A DNA stretch of 64,000 nucleotides, from positions 11,297,175-11,361,174 of the forward strand of contig MU056000.1 of assembly GCA_013239625.1 (NCBI GenBank), given 5' to 3'. Source of the stretch: Lama guanicoe (lineage: Eukaryota). A model generated the notes under the pieces. It saw only the letters and a list, made by a program, of their open reading frames with translations, ran no database searches and was not told the origin of the DNA. The first letter of the stretch is position 1; every line of letters begins with the position of its first letter. The position numbers were made by a program, and so were the translations under genes. Of this stretch, positions 1 to 13,482 are shown piece after piece.

Positions 1-125
1 TTACTACATTTCCTAGATGAGGAAGTGGCAACACAGAGAGGTTACTAACTTGCCCAGAGTCACACTGCCGGTAATAGAGCAACGTTAAGATGTGAGCCCT
101 GGCACCGCAGTTCCAGAGTCCTCTT
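1..125 (-). mobile_element. MIR SINE fragment
   Basis: agatgaggaagtggcaacacagagaggttactaacttgcccagagtcacac resembles the antisense MIR core. Confidence 0.75.
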
Positions 126-932
126 CACCTCTCTGCCACAGTCACCACTCCCTGGCCCTTCTCCACTGGGCACTTGAAGCTCTTTGCTGTCTCTGTTCTT
201 CAACATTGAAGACATACTGTGACAGCTAGTGGTTTCCACGTGTTTTCCCCGTTGGACTAAGTGTTCCTCGGCCATGTGCATCCATCCGTTCTGCCCCAAA
301 TCACAGCCGCAGAACATGTCTCCCCAGAGATGTTCAACAGATGGTTCAGTGAACAAATGACTTAAGAGCTGTAAAATTACAGGTGTCAGAGAGATGGCTT
401 ACTTTAAAAACCTCAGTATGCCAAACCTAGAGGATGTTCCTTAAAAAATTTAAAAAGGAGTAAATAGAAGAGTTAAGAAGTGACTTTTTTACTCCATAAA
501 GAGGGTGTCACTTTGCATAATGACCACTTTGTGCAGCGTCATCCTAGAGAGGGAGCTGAGAATCCCCTCACCAGATCTTGTAAGGAAGGAGACTTTCCAT
601 CGTCCCTTTGTGTATTTCTCCATAAATAACATTGTCATGACCTAAGACTTTGACAACTATCTGAGTCAAACTGCCTGTAGAGAAAGAAGATAAAGGCCCT
701 TTTCCAATCTGTGATTTGCCTTGTGGAAAGCTAACATGCGGTTGGGCGCCTGGGTCCCCATAGAGAGCTGGTGTCTGCCCACAGATGTGTGAAAATGGTA
801 CCACAGAGTCACCAGGACCCAGGATATGGTCCATAGAAAAGGGATGTCATTTACATGTTAGGAGGATATGGGATGTCTGTTCATGATATCTTCACGGTAC
901 GGGATTTCTATTTGGTTTGAATGAAATAAAAA

Positions 933-1496
933 TGTATTAGAATTCTCCAGAGAAACAGAACCATTGAGGTTATACACATACACACACACATATATACACA
1001 CATACATATATCAATTATATATATATATATGTATGTATGTGTGTGTATGTGTATATATATATGTGTACATATATATATACACACATAAAGAGATTTGTTA
1101 TGAGGAATTGACTCACTCAGCTATGGAGGCTGAGAAGTCCCACAGTCTACCATATGTAAGCTAGAATCCAAGAAAGCTGGTGATGCAGTTCAGTCCAAGT
1201 TCAAAGACTTGAGAACTAGAAGTATAAAGAGCAGGGGAAGACCCATCCCAGCTCAAAAAATTAGGCAGGAAGGGACAAATTCTGCTTTCCTCTGCCTTTT
1301 TGTTCTCTTCAGGTCCCCAGTGGTCTGGGTGATGGCCCACCCACATCGAGGAGGTCACACTGCTTTACGGAAGCCACCAAAACAAATACCAGTTTCATCC
1401 AGAAACACCCTCACAAACAAACCAAGATACAACGTTTAGCCAAATATCTGGACACCGTATGATTCGGTCAGTTGACATATAAAATGAACCATGACA
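933..1496 (-). mobile_element. MLT2-family (ERVL) solo LTR
   Basis: tgtattag..ctccagagaaacagaacc at one end and gttgacatataaaatgaaccatgaca at the other; internal microsatellite typical of MLT2; TG...CA termini. Confidence 0.85.
971..1086. repeat. Compound (CA)/(TA)/(TG) microsatellite inside MLT2
   Basis: Alternating purine-pyrimidine tract seen directly. Confidence 0.9.
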
Positions 1497-3945
1497 AATA
1501 AATGTGTAACGCTTGGGAAGAAAAGTGTAAATGTCACGTCAAACAAGCATGGCTTATGGCATGTGTTTGTTACCAGAGTCATTTTGTCTCCCGTGGTCTT
1601 TGTTACTTAGGAGGGGCCAGGCTTCCCCTCCTTGGATGAGCAGTCACGCGGATCCAGACTTGTCAGTCACTCTGAGATAAGATGCATGGACAACCTTAGT
1701 TCACTTACTCAATTGTCGGGGCCTTAGAATGATGAAGGGTCCAACCTAATGGAAGTTGGGTTACCCCCTCCCCCAATTGGGGTGTGGCAGGTGGAGGAAG
1801 CAGAGTTTGTTGGTTTCTTCTCTCTAACAACCTCTCCTTTGCTAACTTGGGATTCTGAGACCTACAGGGTGGGAGTGGGGAAAGGCAAGGGGACAAAAGG
1901 GATGCTGATGGTTGCCTCAGTGACATCACTGTCCCTCTTGTCTGGACTTAGCAGAAATCCAAAGCTGACTCTTTCTCTTGTCTCCACCCTCCTTCCTTTT
2001 CCAGAGTTTTCTGCACTGTTGAGCCCCTTCACTTTAACATGTTGGGCCTCAAGTCTTCAGACCTCAGCTGAAATATCCATTTCATGTCATGTTACAAATG
2101 AATTTCTTTAAAAGCATAGGACTTCCACTTACTGTCTATCCAGAGCTCTCTATTTCAAACACAGAACTTCAAGCTTCCCTGGAATGTGTTACCATCTTCA
2201 TTTCACCTTTAAAATGGCCTGTGTTTGATGCAAATAGCTTCTGAATATGCGATGAAGAAGAAAAAAACAGACTTGCAAATACCCACCATTCAAGATTGTT
2301 TATATGTCTAACGAGAAATGATTTTTGCTGCCAAACTTTTGTATGTTTCCCCGTCTCCTTAAATCCCTACCCTTTGGATAAAATGGATCTGAGATGGCTA
2401 ACCAAGAGGACAGAAAAAAATCAGTAGAGAGGAGATAGGGCAAAGGGCAAGTAAGGATAGAAGAATAAAACACAGCTGAGGAACAGGCCACATTCACACA
2501 TGCTTGGCATTGCCACATTTGTCAGAGGTGGTCATGGCTCTGGCTGAATTCCTGAATTGTCCAAACAAAGAGAGCAGCACAATCAATAACACAGTTCAGT
2601 GTATTTATAAGACATAAAGAGTGTAGTTGCTGAAGACAATCATACATGTTCCTATGAGAGGAATGTTTCCTGTGTGCTCCCATGGTGGGTGAACTCTGCA
2701 CGGAGGTAGACCAAAAGGCCAGATCATCCACAAAATAGGACATGTCCTCATGCTCTTCCTTGTAACACTCCTCAATGGGAACAGAAAGCCAAAGATTGTC
2801 ATTTAGAAAATGTTCTTGTAGATAGAACCATGATGCCAAGTAGTAGTCTTGCTTCAGACACTGCCTAGTATTAGGCCTTCACACTACCACAGACACACTC
2901 TGAGTCTATTGATATATATTTTTAATTTTGGTAACAGTTCTTCCCAATTTTTTTGCATGTAAATACATGTATACAGTATACTGCACATTTTTTTAGTTTA
3001 CATATATGTATTGATTTTTGTTTCTAAGAACAGGTTAGAGATTTAGCTTTTAAACTTACAGTTATCAAAGGAATAAAGCCAATTACAAAACAAGAATCAA
3101 CAGAATGTGGTAATCCAATCAAGGACACCTGCCCAATATTAAACATAATACCCACCATTTTTGTTGGTGATTTACCCGTTGGGTAGATATGAATGCATAT
3201 ATCCTTGCAAATTCTTTCTCACACAGTTTTCCCATGAATTTCCAACTTAAACGAATTTTTCTTTCCAAAAGTCGTGGATTGGCACTAGGGGTGAAATTGT
3301 ATATATAGAAAGTCATTCTTTGGCATTCGTTTCATTTTGTGGGAGATTTAAAGCTCCTTCCTTGCTCTTTGTTTTTCTTCTTTTCCTGGAAAAGGCTGCT
3401 TATGGGTGTAAAAAAAAAAAAGTCAAAGATTACAAATTAAAAAAAAAAGCTGGCTCTGCGCAGTGAATATTAATTCGTTTGTTCTCAGAGGTCGCCTTGC
3501 TGAAAAAAGCAAGGTGTGAGGCAGAGAAGGCAGGGAGATAGCATATAGTCCAATTAAGTTTGGTACAGAAAATGGAACCATTCTTAAGAGTTATAATACC
3601 ACATACACAGGCTGATAAAGATCCTTTGCCACCCCGCCAAAAAAACCAACAGCCCCGCTGGAATAGGCTAACGTCACAAATGTATCATAAATCTATTGAA
3701 TGTACGAGGGCACCACGGTCAGGGGACGAATACACCAAGTCCCTGGCCTGATAGTGGTGACAGGTTTGAATAAAATCAGAGGTAACGATTTTACTGAGGC
3801 CAGAATAAGCAGCGTGTTAGCACAAACCCTCAGCTCTGAAGAAGGTAAGTGAATTATAATTGCACACATAGACTTCTTAAGTTCATTTCTGCTTCATGGA
3901 CACATTCTCTTGTTTTCATCCAAAGCTACTTGATGAGATTACTTA

Positions 3946-3981
3946 GAGAGAGAGTGAGAGTGTGTGTGTGTGTGTGTGTGT
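3946..3981. repeat. (GA)n(GT)n microsatellite
   Basis: agagagagagtgagagtgtgtgtg... Confidence 0.9.
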
Positions 3982-4299
3982 ACACTCCCCAATGAGAAAC
4001 GCAAATGGTTTTGTCTTTAATAAATCAAAATCTGAAAAGCATTTTCTAAGTGTTTTTCCTTGTGCTGGTGGAGGAGGATAATCTATCTTAATTTTGAGGC
4101 CATTCAGACATTTGAAAATATGGACTCTGGAGAAAAGAGCTAACCCATCTCTAAAAGGAAGGATGCTAAAACTCCTGCAACCAGTGAGTTATCAGAATTC
4201 GGCCGATGAAAAGAAGTTTCACTGTTTTCACAAACAGGTGTCAGGACTAACAGAGCTGTCCTGGAACGGCAGCTTGGTGAGGGAAGGTTTTCTGTGTGC

Positions 4300-4430
4300 T
4301 TTATCGATAGCTGTGTCCTCCCCTTCCCTCCCCCTGGAACAGTGTCCGACACGTAGTAGGTGTTTGATAAATACCAGTAACATGATGAATGAGTGATAAG
4401 CCTAAGTGGCAACATGAGTGAATGAATGAG
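4300..4430 (+). mobile_element. L2 3' end
   Basis: acagtgtccgacacgtagtaggtgtttgataaata...gaatgagtga/gaatgaatga tail. Confidence 0.65.
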
Positions 4431-4899
4431 AGTCTGGTAGAGCTTTGGCTGACCTGTGCTGATTACCGGATGAAACTACGTTGTAATTAGCACTGAAATA
4501 ATTTGTCCTTTTATGGCTTCTCCCCTGGTTTTGGAGAGCTGGCATTCCTAAAACTTTTAAAGCATTTTCCTTTCAATCTTAGGTATACAATTACATGGAA
4601 CTTTACATGGTTTACTGAACAAAATTCGTAATGTTATCACCAAATAAGAATCGAGTGAGTCTGAATTGATGTATTTCTCTCCAGCTCACATTTCTGTGGC
4701 TTGTTACTGAACAGTCTAAATATCAGTTATAGATGTTTAGTTATTGGGCAGCCATAGCTATAAGGCTGCATAGTTTCTCACTAAAGATATTAAAGGAATA
4801 AAATGAATGAATAAATGATAAACCTAAGTAGCAAAACCCTTGTGTTAGCTAATACAGTGTTTTTACTACTTTCTGTATTTGCAGACATGTTTGAAATAA

Positions 4900-6330
4900 A
4901 GTAATTCATTCAAACATGATTTAGGTCTTTTTTCTGTGTCAGGTATTTTCTAGACACAGGACAGAGATCAGGGAACAAGTCTAAATACTTGCCCGCATGG
5001 AGCTTACATTTTGGGGGAAGAGAGAGGCATTTAACAAATCTTGAAATAATGAAATTATAGTACATTGTTAATTAGTTTATGGTGCATTGAAGTAAGAGTG
5101 ATTATGATGGGGCATTTTTTTTTCATTGAATATTGATTTTGTTATTCAATGATTTAAATCTCCTGCACAAAAAAGACATGTGATTTAGTGGGAAAAAAAT
5201 AGATTGAAATCAAAATAACACTATTCTGGCTCAGCCTCCAGTACTATATTATCTATATGATCTTGAAGAAGTCACTCATTTTCTTTGATCCTCAAATCTT
5301 CGTATGTAATGAGAGAATGAAAGCTTATTACCTTATTGAAACTCTATGAGGATGTACATATGCATACAGAAAATATGAAAGAAATGTAAATGTATGTGTG
5401 TACATGAATGCTTTTATGTACAATTGCATATCTGTATTCACACCTGTATGTGCATCATCGTTTCTCATGGGAAAGCAGATTATAAACAAGGAGGCTGGAG
5501 CAGATGCCAGGTAATGTCCAGTCTTTGTTAACATCATCTGTTTCTAGCTTTTAAAATGCCCATATCTTCATTCCTCCATCCTGAAACGGGTTCTCAGGGA
5601 AGCAAGGGAGTGTCTTGCAAACATCTAGGGAAGAGGGATGCAAGATGCAAAACTTCTAAGACAAGGATGTGCTTGGGGTGTTTCTAGCAGGAGCGTGGTC
5701 CCAAATGATGGTGGAATAACAGGAGGGAAGATGGCAAGAGTTTCCTAGACCAAAAGTATACTCTGGACTTTGTTCTAAGTGTGATGGAAGTTGGAGAATG
5801 GAGCATAGAAAACTTGATTGGGTTGACTGTTTTAAAAAAGCCAACGTGACTTCCAGGGATAATGGTCTACATAATGGTCAAGAGTAGGGGGAAATAGCAG
5901 AAGGCTATTTCATTTTTCCAAATGAGAGAAGGTGATGGTTTGAACTGAGATCTTGGTGGTGAGAGGGTGAGAAGTGGTCCAACTTGAAATATCTGTTAGT
6001 ATCAGAGCCTCCAGGAGTCCCTGCTGCATCGGATGTAGAGGGTCGTAGGAAGATACTAGTCAAGACTGACTCCTAAGTATTTGGCCTGAAAAATCAGGTT
6101 GGTGGTAGTACCATTTAATGAGCCAAGGAAGACAAGCGCAGAGTAGGATTGAGGAACAAAACCAAACTTCATTTCTGAATATGTCTCTTTGAGATGCTGT
6201 TTAAACTTCCAGGTGGAGCGGTGAGTAGACAGTTGGATGGAAGAATCTGGCAGGAGTCATAAAACTGAATGCCAGCAACACATAGATGGTATTTTAAAAC
6301 CATGGGATTGGGTGAGATCATCTGAAGATG
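4900..6330 (-). mobile_element. Fragmented L2, with a MIR fragment at about 5185-5320
   Basis: attcattcaaacat...gagcttacattt (antisense L2 3' end) and GA-rich L2 body, e.g. gagaagtggtc, gactgactcctaagtatttggcctga. Confidence 0.6.
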
Positions 6331-7597
6331 GTTCTTCTTAAAATATCTCTGATCTCTGCTAAAGAACCTTTGTGATTTCATTCCCAGTTACTATGAATGA
6401 ATACTTTGTTAAATACGGTAAAAATGAGTTAAAGGAAAAGTGAAATAAGGAAATGCAAACCACAAGTGTCACTACTTTGTTTTATTTTATTTTTGCTATT
6501 ACACTGAACAGACATGAAATTTTTCTGTGAAATTGCTGTGAAGATTTCTAAACACTTACTCTGGCTTTCTGTGCTGACCCTGTCGTGGACTGACAGCAAA
6601 CGGCGTCACATCAAGCCAGGAGTGCGTGCAGAGAGAGAAGGAGCCTTGGGCCTCCAACGTTGGCCCTCAGCGAGATGAGGAGGGAGGCGGAAAGTCATCA
6701 GACCAGTTCTTAGAATTCAGATTAAGAAAGTGTTTCAAGGAAAATGAGGCGAATGTACAGTATGTGCAAAGTGGATGCTCCCAGGCATCACATACAATGA
6801 TCGAATGGGCCGGAATGAAGGCAGGGGTGCTATTTTGCTTTTACTCTTTCCTTTCCCTACCTGCTTTCATGAGGATGCAGGTCTTCCAGCCCTCAGCTTT
6901 GTCTCTGCATGGTCTGTTCTAAGACAGTTTGAGGACAAACCTGAAGGAAGAAGCTCAAAAAATGAGCATCAGGGTTCATTGCCAAAGTTAGAACTGAGAT
7001 CAGAGTTTTAAACATCTTCCTCCCTAAAAGCACAAGCCAAATGACCTAACTTAAATTGGAGGTTTTAGGGGGCCATTGAAGTCGTTACCAAGTCAACCCA
7101 TTTATTTGCTGGTCCCTCTTATTATTAGCAGTAGGCATTATTTCAGCCAACACACTCTCTGAGTCAGGCCAGCAGTGTAATGGTGCTCTTGATTTCTCAG
7201 CAAAGATTGTTTTTTCAGGCAAAGGGGGAAAAAGTAACCATGGACAATGGTGAGTGGGTTCAAATGCATGCATGTGAATCCAACCTAAGATTACTACCTT
7301 ATGTGGAACCCAGAGGGAATTGCACAATCTCAGTTTTCCATCTGTGACTTAACTCACCCACTTAAAAATATTGCCCCATATTTTTTTGCTTGGCCTGGTG
7401 CTTGTCTCTGCTCATCCCTTCGCTCTCTTACCATCCCTTATTCCCCAGATGGGGCAGCTGAGCTTGGACCACTTCCCAGCTTGATGTTAGGGCTTAGGCC
7501 CGTTGCAGCACTTTACAGTAATTCTTTTTAATTACCCCTGGATATCTAAGAGTCTTCTGGCTCCACCTTGGTCCCCATATGGCAGCTTTACCAATAC

Positions 7598-7814
7598 CAG
7601 TGGTTCTCAACTGGGAGTGATTTTACTTCCCAGGGGACATTTGGAAACATCTGGAGACATTTTGCATGACTCAGTGTGGGAGGTAAAATGCTACTGGCAT
7701 TTAGTGCATGGAGACCAGAGATGCTGCTAAACATCCTACAATGCACAGGACAGCCCCTGATAATGAAGAATTATCTGTCTCAAATACCAGTATAGTCAAA
7801 GTTAAGGAACCTTG
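7598..7814. mobile_element. MER20 (hAT-Charlie MITE)
   Basis: cagtggttctcaactggg...gggacatttgg...gatgctgctaaacatcctacaatgcacaggacagcccc...gttaaggaaccttg. Confidence 0.85.
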
Positions 7815-10159
7815 CCCTATATCTGGACATCGATTGAGTCATTATTTTACCCTCCGTGCTAATGTTTCTCTCCACTTAAATAACTTAAATGCTTTCAGTT
7901 ACTGATTATATTTGATTAAGAAATAACAAAAGAAAAAGAAAAAAATGACGATCCACATACCCAGAGCACTCATGCTGGCTAGTTAATAGCTATAGGAGGA
8001 GATGGGCAATCATGTCTTTCAAATTTCAAGACTTCAGATTCTACTTGTGAGTTAAATTTGTGAGGACTTGGTGACAAATTTGGTAAAGAGGTATCCTCAG
8101 TCATTGCACAGCTGTATTGATGGAGGAAGACCTCAGTAATGAAATGAACTGAGAAAAATGTCTCAATTGTAGGATGGTTTTGGTGAAGCACATTGCATGA
8201 TTTGACCTGTGCAGCTCACCAAAGTGACCTTCCTGAGGAAGCTTGCCTTGGCAGAGCCCTGGGGACTCTGTCCACCAAAAAACTTACTCTTAGGGTGGAT
8301 GAATTACAAAAAAAAAAAAAAGGCACCCTTTTCTGAGCTTGGCACTCACAGGCCAGGACCAGATGTGGGTGGGTACACTCTGGCTGGATTCCAGCCTCAT
8401 TTGGCCGGGGACTTTGGTACAGGACACACCATTCACAGTTACCTAGGCAACAGCTTTGCTGGAGCAATATCTTTGTGATGAGTATTCTTTTGGGTTTTTA
8501 CTTACCGCACAAATATTTGTTAAGTGCCTACCTTGTGAGCTTCATAGGCAACTGAGTATGCTAGTGAATAAAACAGGTGAAGATGCCCACCCTCAAGGAA
8601 TTTACAATCTGGTGGGATTTACAATCTGGTGGATCCTGTGTTTTAAACATTTGTGATGTGAAGCTCATAATAACTGTATTCTCTAGGTGAGAAATAATTA
8701 ACTGCTTATGATTCTTATCATTAGGTTACAGCCAGTAGGAGCCTGGTTTAAATCTTCCCAGCACCCTAGCCCGGGCTTTCCTGCTGTGGAATGTTCCAGG
8801 TGACCTCAGCCTGAGGTCTGCTGCCGCTTCCTTCTTGAATTACTTGCTGTAACTCTATTCTCTGACCTCAAGCCTTTGCTCATGGCCTGGCTGAGTGAAG
8901 AAGGGAGCATTTCCCCCTTGTGTGGTGGCTCTTGACACTTCCAGCAGCCCCACCTGCAGTCCCTGGCAAGTCTCTGATTAAAGATTTGACTTAAATTCTC
9001 CTTTAGAATTTATGAGACATTTCCTGCTTTTTTTTTTTTTTTTGCCCTTGGATACCCAAAACCTGTGTCTTATTGGTCAAAAGGCTTCGTGTGTGTCTTT
9101 TTCTGTTTTGAGGTTTTGGGATTGCAGTGGGGCAGTGTCATGAGTGGCTGTCCTGCTCCAGTCTCTAAATGCCACCGTCACTGTCCTTGTCACTGTAGTC
9201 TTGGAGCAGACCATGGAAGGACACATAAAACCAAAAATAAAATTGCCAAAGCAGGCAGCGGTGAGCAGCAAACATGAATGGAATGCAGCCTGTGCGTTTG
9301 CTGAGGTGTGAATCACCCTCAGTCTTCCTTTGACATCTGGAAGGAAGCAATGCCCAAACCGACATGCTGTAAATTACCCAGCACAGTCATTCCTGCTCTG
9401 AAAGGTGTCAACTTACATCTATTACATTGAAAGAGAAAGATGAATTAATTTTTTCCAAAGGTCCTAACTCATATGCTGTCCTTCAAACTTATTTCTCTTT
9501 CTGTGTTTTGGTTTTGAGGTACTTTCCGGGGATTGCGTGCTTTCAGGGAGATACTTGTGTAATGTTCAGAAAAGCTAGACTCCTATTTTCTTCATTGTTT
9601 CTGAAAACTTGCCTTTTGTTTCCACAAGACTCTGGATTGTGGTAAAACTTTTTTTCTTTTCACTTTTTCTTTAGTCCATTGCCAGGTGGTAACTAGAATT
9701 TGGGTTGTGCAAAGGGGGACCATCAGGAGACGGAAGGATGTCTGTAATCTACAGATTTTGAAAGAAGGCTCCTGGCATGAACTTGGAGGTTTGAGACTTT
9801 GAGGCTCAGATTAGAACTCAGTTAACTTGGAGGCCAGGCCAGACTTCCTGTCGCACAAACGGAACATCTGTAGGTATGGGTTGCTTCGAAAACCTTTGGC
9901 TGTGCTTGTTTTGGAACCTACAAAGGATTTGTGACGTCTTCTAGATGAATTTCAACTCATTTATAAGACGGGAGAGTATTTGAGACCATAGGATTCCTAC
10001 ATAAATCGAATGGAACCATATGCCTTTCCTCCCATACTAGAGAGTGAGCATTACAACAACTAGAAGTGGGTGAGATTCAGGGCTCGGTGACAGTTTTTAG
10101 TGATATGTTATCAAAGAGAGGAATGCAATGGGCGTGGCCTGTGACAATGGCTTATATTT

Positions 10160-11150
10160 TTTAAATTAAAAATACTGTATTGAATTATAGTTGATTTACA
10201 ATGTTAGTTCCAGGTGTACAGCAAAGTGATTCAGTTAGACATATACATACTTATATATTTTTTCAGATTCTTTTCCATTATATGTTATTACAAGAAATTG
10301 AATATAGTTCCCTGTGCTATACAGTAGGTCCTTGTTGTTTATCTATTTCATATATAGTAATGTGTGTCTTTTAATCCCTAACTTCTAATTTATCCTTCCA
10401 TGTCCGTTCCTCTTTGGTAACCATAGTTTGTTTTTTATGTCCATAAGTCTGTTTTTGGTTTGTAAATAGAATTTGTATCTTTTTTTTTTTAGATTCCACA
10501 TATAAGTGACATCATACGATATTTGTCTTTCTCTGTTGGACTTACTTCACTCAATAAGATAATCGCTAGGTCCATCCATATTGCTGCAAATGACATTATT
10601 TCATTCTTTTTATGACTGAGTAATATTCCAGCGTATATATAGACCACATCTTCTTTATCCAGTCATCTGTTGATGGGTGTTAAGGTTGTTTCCATGTCTT
10701 GGCTATTGTAAATAGCGCTGCTGTGAACATTGGGGTGCCTGTATCTTCTCGAACTATAGTTTGCCCCAGATATATGCCCAGGAGTGGGATTGCTGGGTCA
10801 GATGGTAAGTCTATTTTCAGTTTTTTAAGGAACCTCCATACTGTCCTCCATAGTAGTTGCACCAATTTGCATTCCCACCAACAGTGTAAGAGGGTTCCTT
10901 TTTCTCCACACACCCTGTGACCAACAAGGGACTAATTTCCAAAATATACAAACAACTCATGCCGCTTAATATGAAAAAGAAAAAAGCAAACAACCCAATC
11001 AAAAAGTGAGCAGAAGACCTAAAAAGTCATTTCTCCAAAGAAGACATCCAGATGGCCAACAGGCATGTGAAAAGATGCTTAATATCATTAATTATTAGAG
11101 AAATGAAATTCCAAACTACAGTGAGGTATCACCTCACACCAGTCAGAATG
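10160..11150 (-). mobile_element. 5'-truncated L1 with 5' inversion (10160-10916 minus, 10917-11150 plus)
   Basis: ORF2p C-terminal motif [10 protein letters not shown]; orientation flips at 10916/10917; 17-bp TSD gaca(a/g)tggcttat(a/c)ttt at 10143-10159 and 11151-11167. Confidence 0.9.
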
Positions 11151-13482
11151 GACAGTGGCTTATCTTTAAAATGTATTCCTGTGTAGCGTTTAGAGGATTT
11201 GCTTTCATCATTTTTGTAGTGGGTTTAGACATGAAGTTGTATTTTTTTTTGTCAGATTAAGTAAGAATGTGTTCCCTGGGTGCATAATGATTACCCAGCA
11301 GCAGGAGGGCCATCGAGCAGTCAGCTGCTCAGCAGTCGGGAAACTGGTAGTGGATTAAAAATGGATAATCCACAGAGTGAGGAAAAATAAAGCAGAGCTG
11401 CAAATCCCCAATGTCATTCTCATTCAGTATCATATCACAGAATGGAGAAATAGGTCAAGTATTTTGCCTCACTAAGTAATTGTAAGGTTTGTAGTAAAAA
11501 AACTGAGTTTCTCTTGCAAAAATTTTTTAATACTTAGAATTTATTTCTTGTCGATCTTGAAAATTCAGCTTCTAGGGGCTCACAGTTTGCAAGTCACTTC
11601 GCTGGGAGAATGCACCTAAGATAAAATCCTTTGAAAAAAAGGAAGGAGGCATGTACCTCAGATGTGTTCTCCAGAGACACATGTTACAGCAGAATGAGCT
11701 GAGATGGATGAGTGGGCTGTTGGCCTGTGCTTTGTCATGAAGTTTTCATGCACAGAAAATGTCAGGTAAAGGAAAACTAGTGTGAGCAATAATCAACAAA
11801 ACTGAGTTTCCCAAAGTATCTTATTTTATTTTAATCTCAAATCTTTTGATTTCTCCAACCCACCAGTACAAGGGCAAGTAACAGGATGTGAAAACTGAGA
11901 ATTTCAAAGCATTAAGATTTTGGATTAAGAAAAAAAAAACAACCTGGAAAAAGTTGCATCTTAACATGCAAGAAAAGAATTTGCAAACATCTCATTGGAT
12001 CTGTGGAGGAGATCTTAAAGAATATACCCAGTTAAAGGATGATAAATGGAATCCAATAGTATGGTGTCATGATCGCTAATTTATTATGTATCAAAATTCA
12101 TAGTGTATGGTTTACTGACTGTACTTTTTATTGCTTCATTTTGGGAAAGGTATGTATATTTATAGAGACTTGTCTAAATCCAGCCCCCACCTCAGTCCCT
12201 GAGTCCTCCTTTTACAGTCACGTCTTAAATTCATCAGCTATAAATTATCCTTCTAGAAAGTTCTGGGGGAACTGTAAACTACTCCAGGGACGACTGCACT
12301 TTCACTACCGTCATTCATTCTTGTTTCAGAGTGATGTGTCCAGGGATTTGTCCTTGGTTTAATCAATCTTTTTCTTCAGCAAAATGTTGACTTTAGGGCA
12401 ACGTTGTTTCTGTTGTGATAAGACTTTGAACATGTCTGTCACTGCAGCTCAAGTAGGACTTGGCTGTTGGGCAGCAGCAGACTCAGAGGACGGCAGCCAG
12501 CCTTGCACAGAGCGCTGGGATCTGGGGAGCAGGCATGGCTTGGATGCTCGGCCAGACACAGACTCTCTAGGACACACTGTCTCCATCTTTTTTTTTCCCC
12601 TCCAGTGTCTGTGTCTGATGAATTCGCTAAGCACTTGAATATCTCCTACTCTGTTCTTTCAGCAGATTGTTTGTTTATTTGAGAGCTAATTTTGGCAGGT
12701 GAATAATCAGCTATCTGAGCAAACTCAAGGGTGATCAAGGGGACTAATTAACCTCAACTCTAGATGATCCACATTTTTAATGTTAGTATTTGTGACTTAG
12801 CAGAGCGATTGATCTCAGTTGGCTTGCTTTCTTCCCCGTCTGCGAGAGCACATCAGAAGCTCTAAAACGCACTGAGAAAATAGGTTTAAAAGCCCTCATT
12901 ACAGTCAAAATTCTGTGGGATTTTTTCAAATATGTCGATTTTCTTTCCGTTAGCTGTGGGCAGGAGATTCTCGTGGCCCTTTGTTCTAAAGATGGAACTC
13001 ACAAATCTACGCTGTACTGTTTTCCCCACTTCAGAACTTTAATTAGTACAAATCCATTACTTGCATTATTATTGAACACTGTTGATCAGATGTAGTCAAG
13101 TGCTTGATCTAGTTTTCCTAGGAGATGTGCTTCTTGTTGGCTAGGCAAGTTCACTGTCTGCAAATAGAGCAGAAACAGAAGGATCAAGCAATGGCATGTG
13201 CCTTGAGAGCAACAGCCTACAATTCTCACTTCCTTCAAGATTTATATTTATATTTATGAAAGATTTGTATTGGCTGGCTTGGATTTATTAGTTTGGCGCA
13301 GAGTCAGCAAACTCTGGCATGCTGAACAATAATGCTGTTCTGAACGCCAAAAGCCAGGTGGTAGACATCAGATGGGAATTCTCGCCTTGGACTTCACTAC
13401 CAGCTAGGTGTGAGGCCATGGGTCACTCATTTAATTCCCATAGTCTGAGCATTCTCATCTGAATGAATAGGTTGGATGAGAT

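Noticed and set aside
2133..2240. Minus-strand AG...GTAAGT exon-like segment, also 1709-1745 and a donor near 16350
   Set aside because: All three frames of the 2133-2240 segment are closed; GTAAGT is expected dozens of times by chance in 64 kb.
11499..11810. 13-bp direct repeat aaaactgagtttc about 300 bp apart as the TSD of an unknown retrocopy
   Set aside because: No poly-A tail or recognisable insert, and a similar word recurs at 11891; likely chance.
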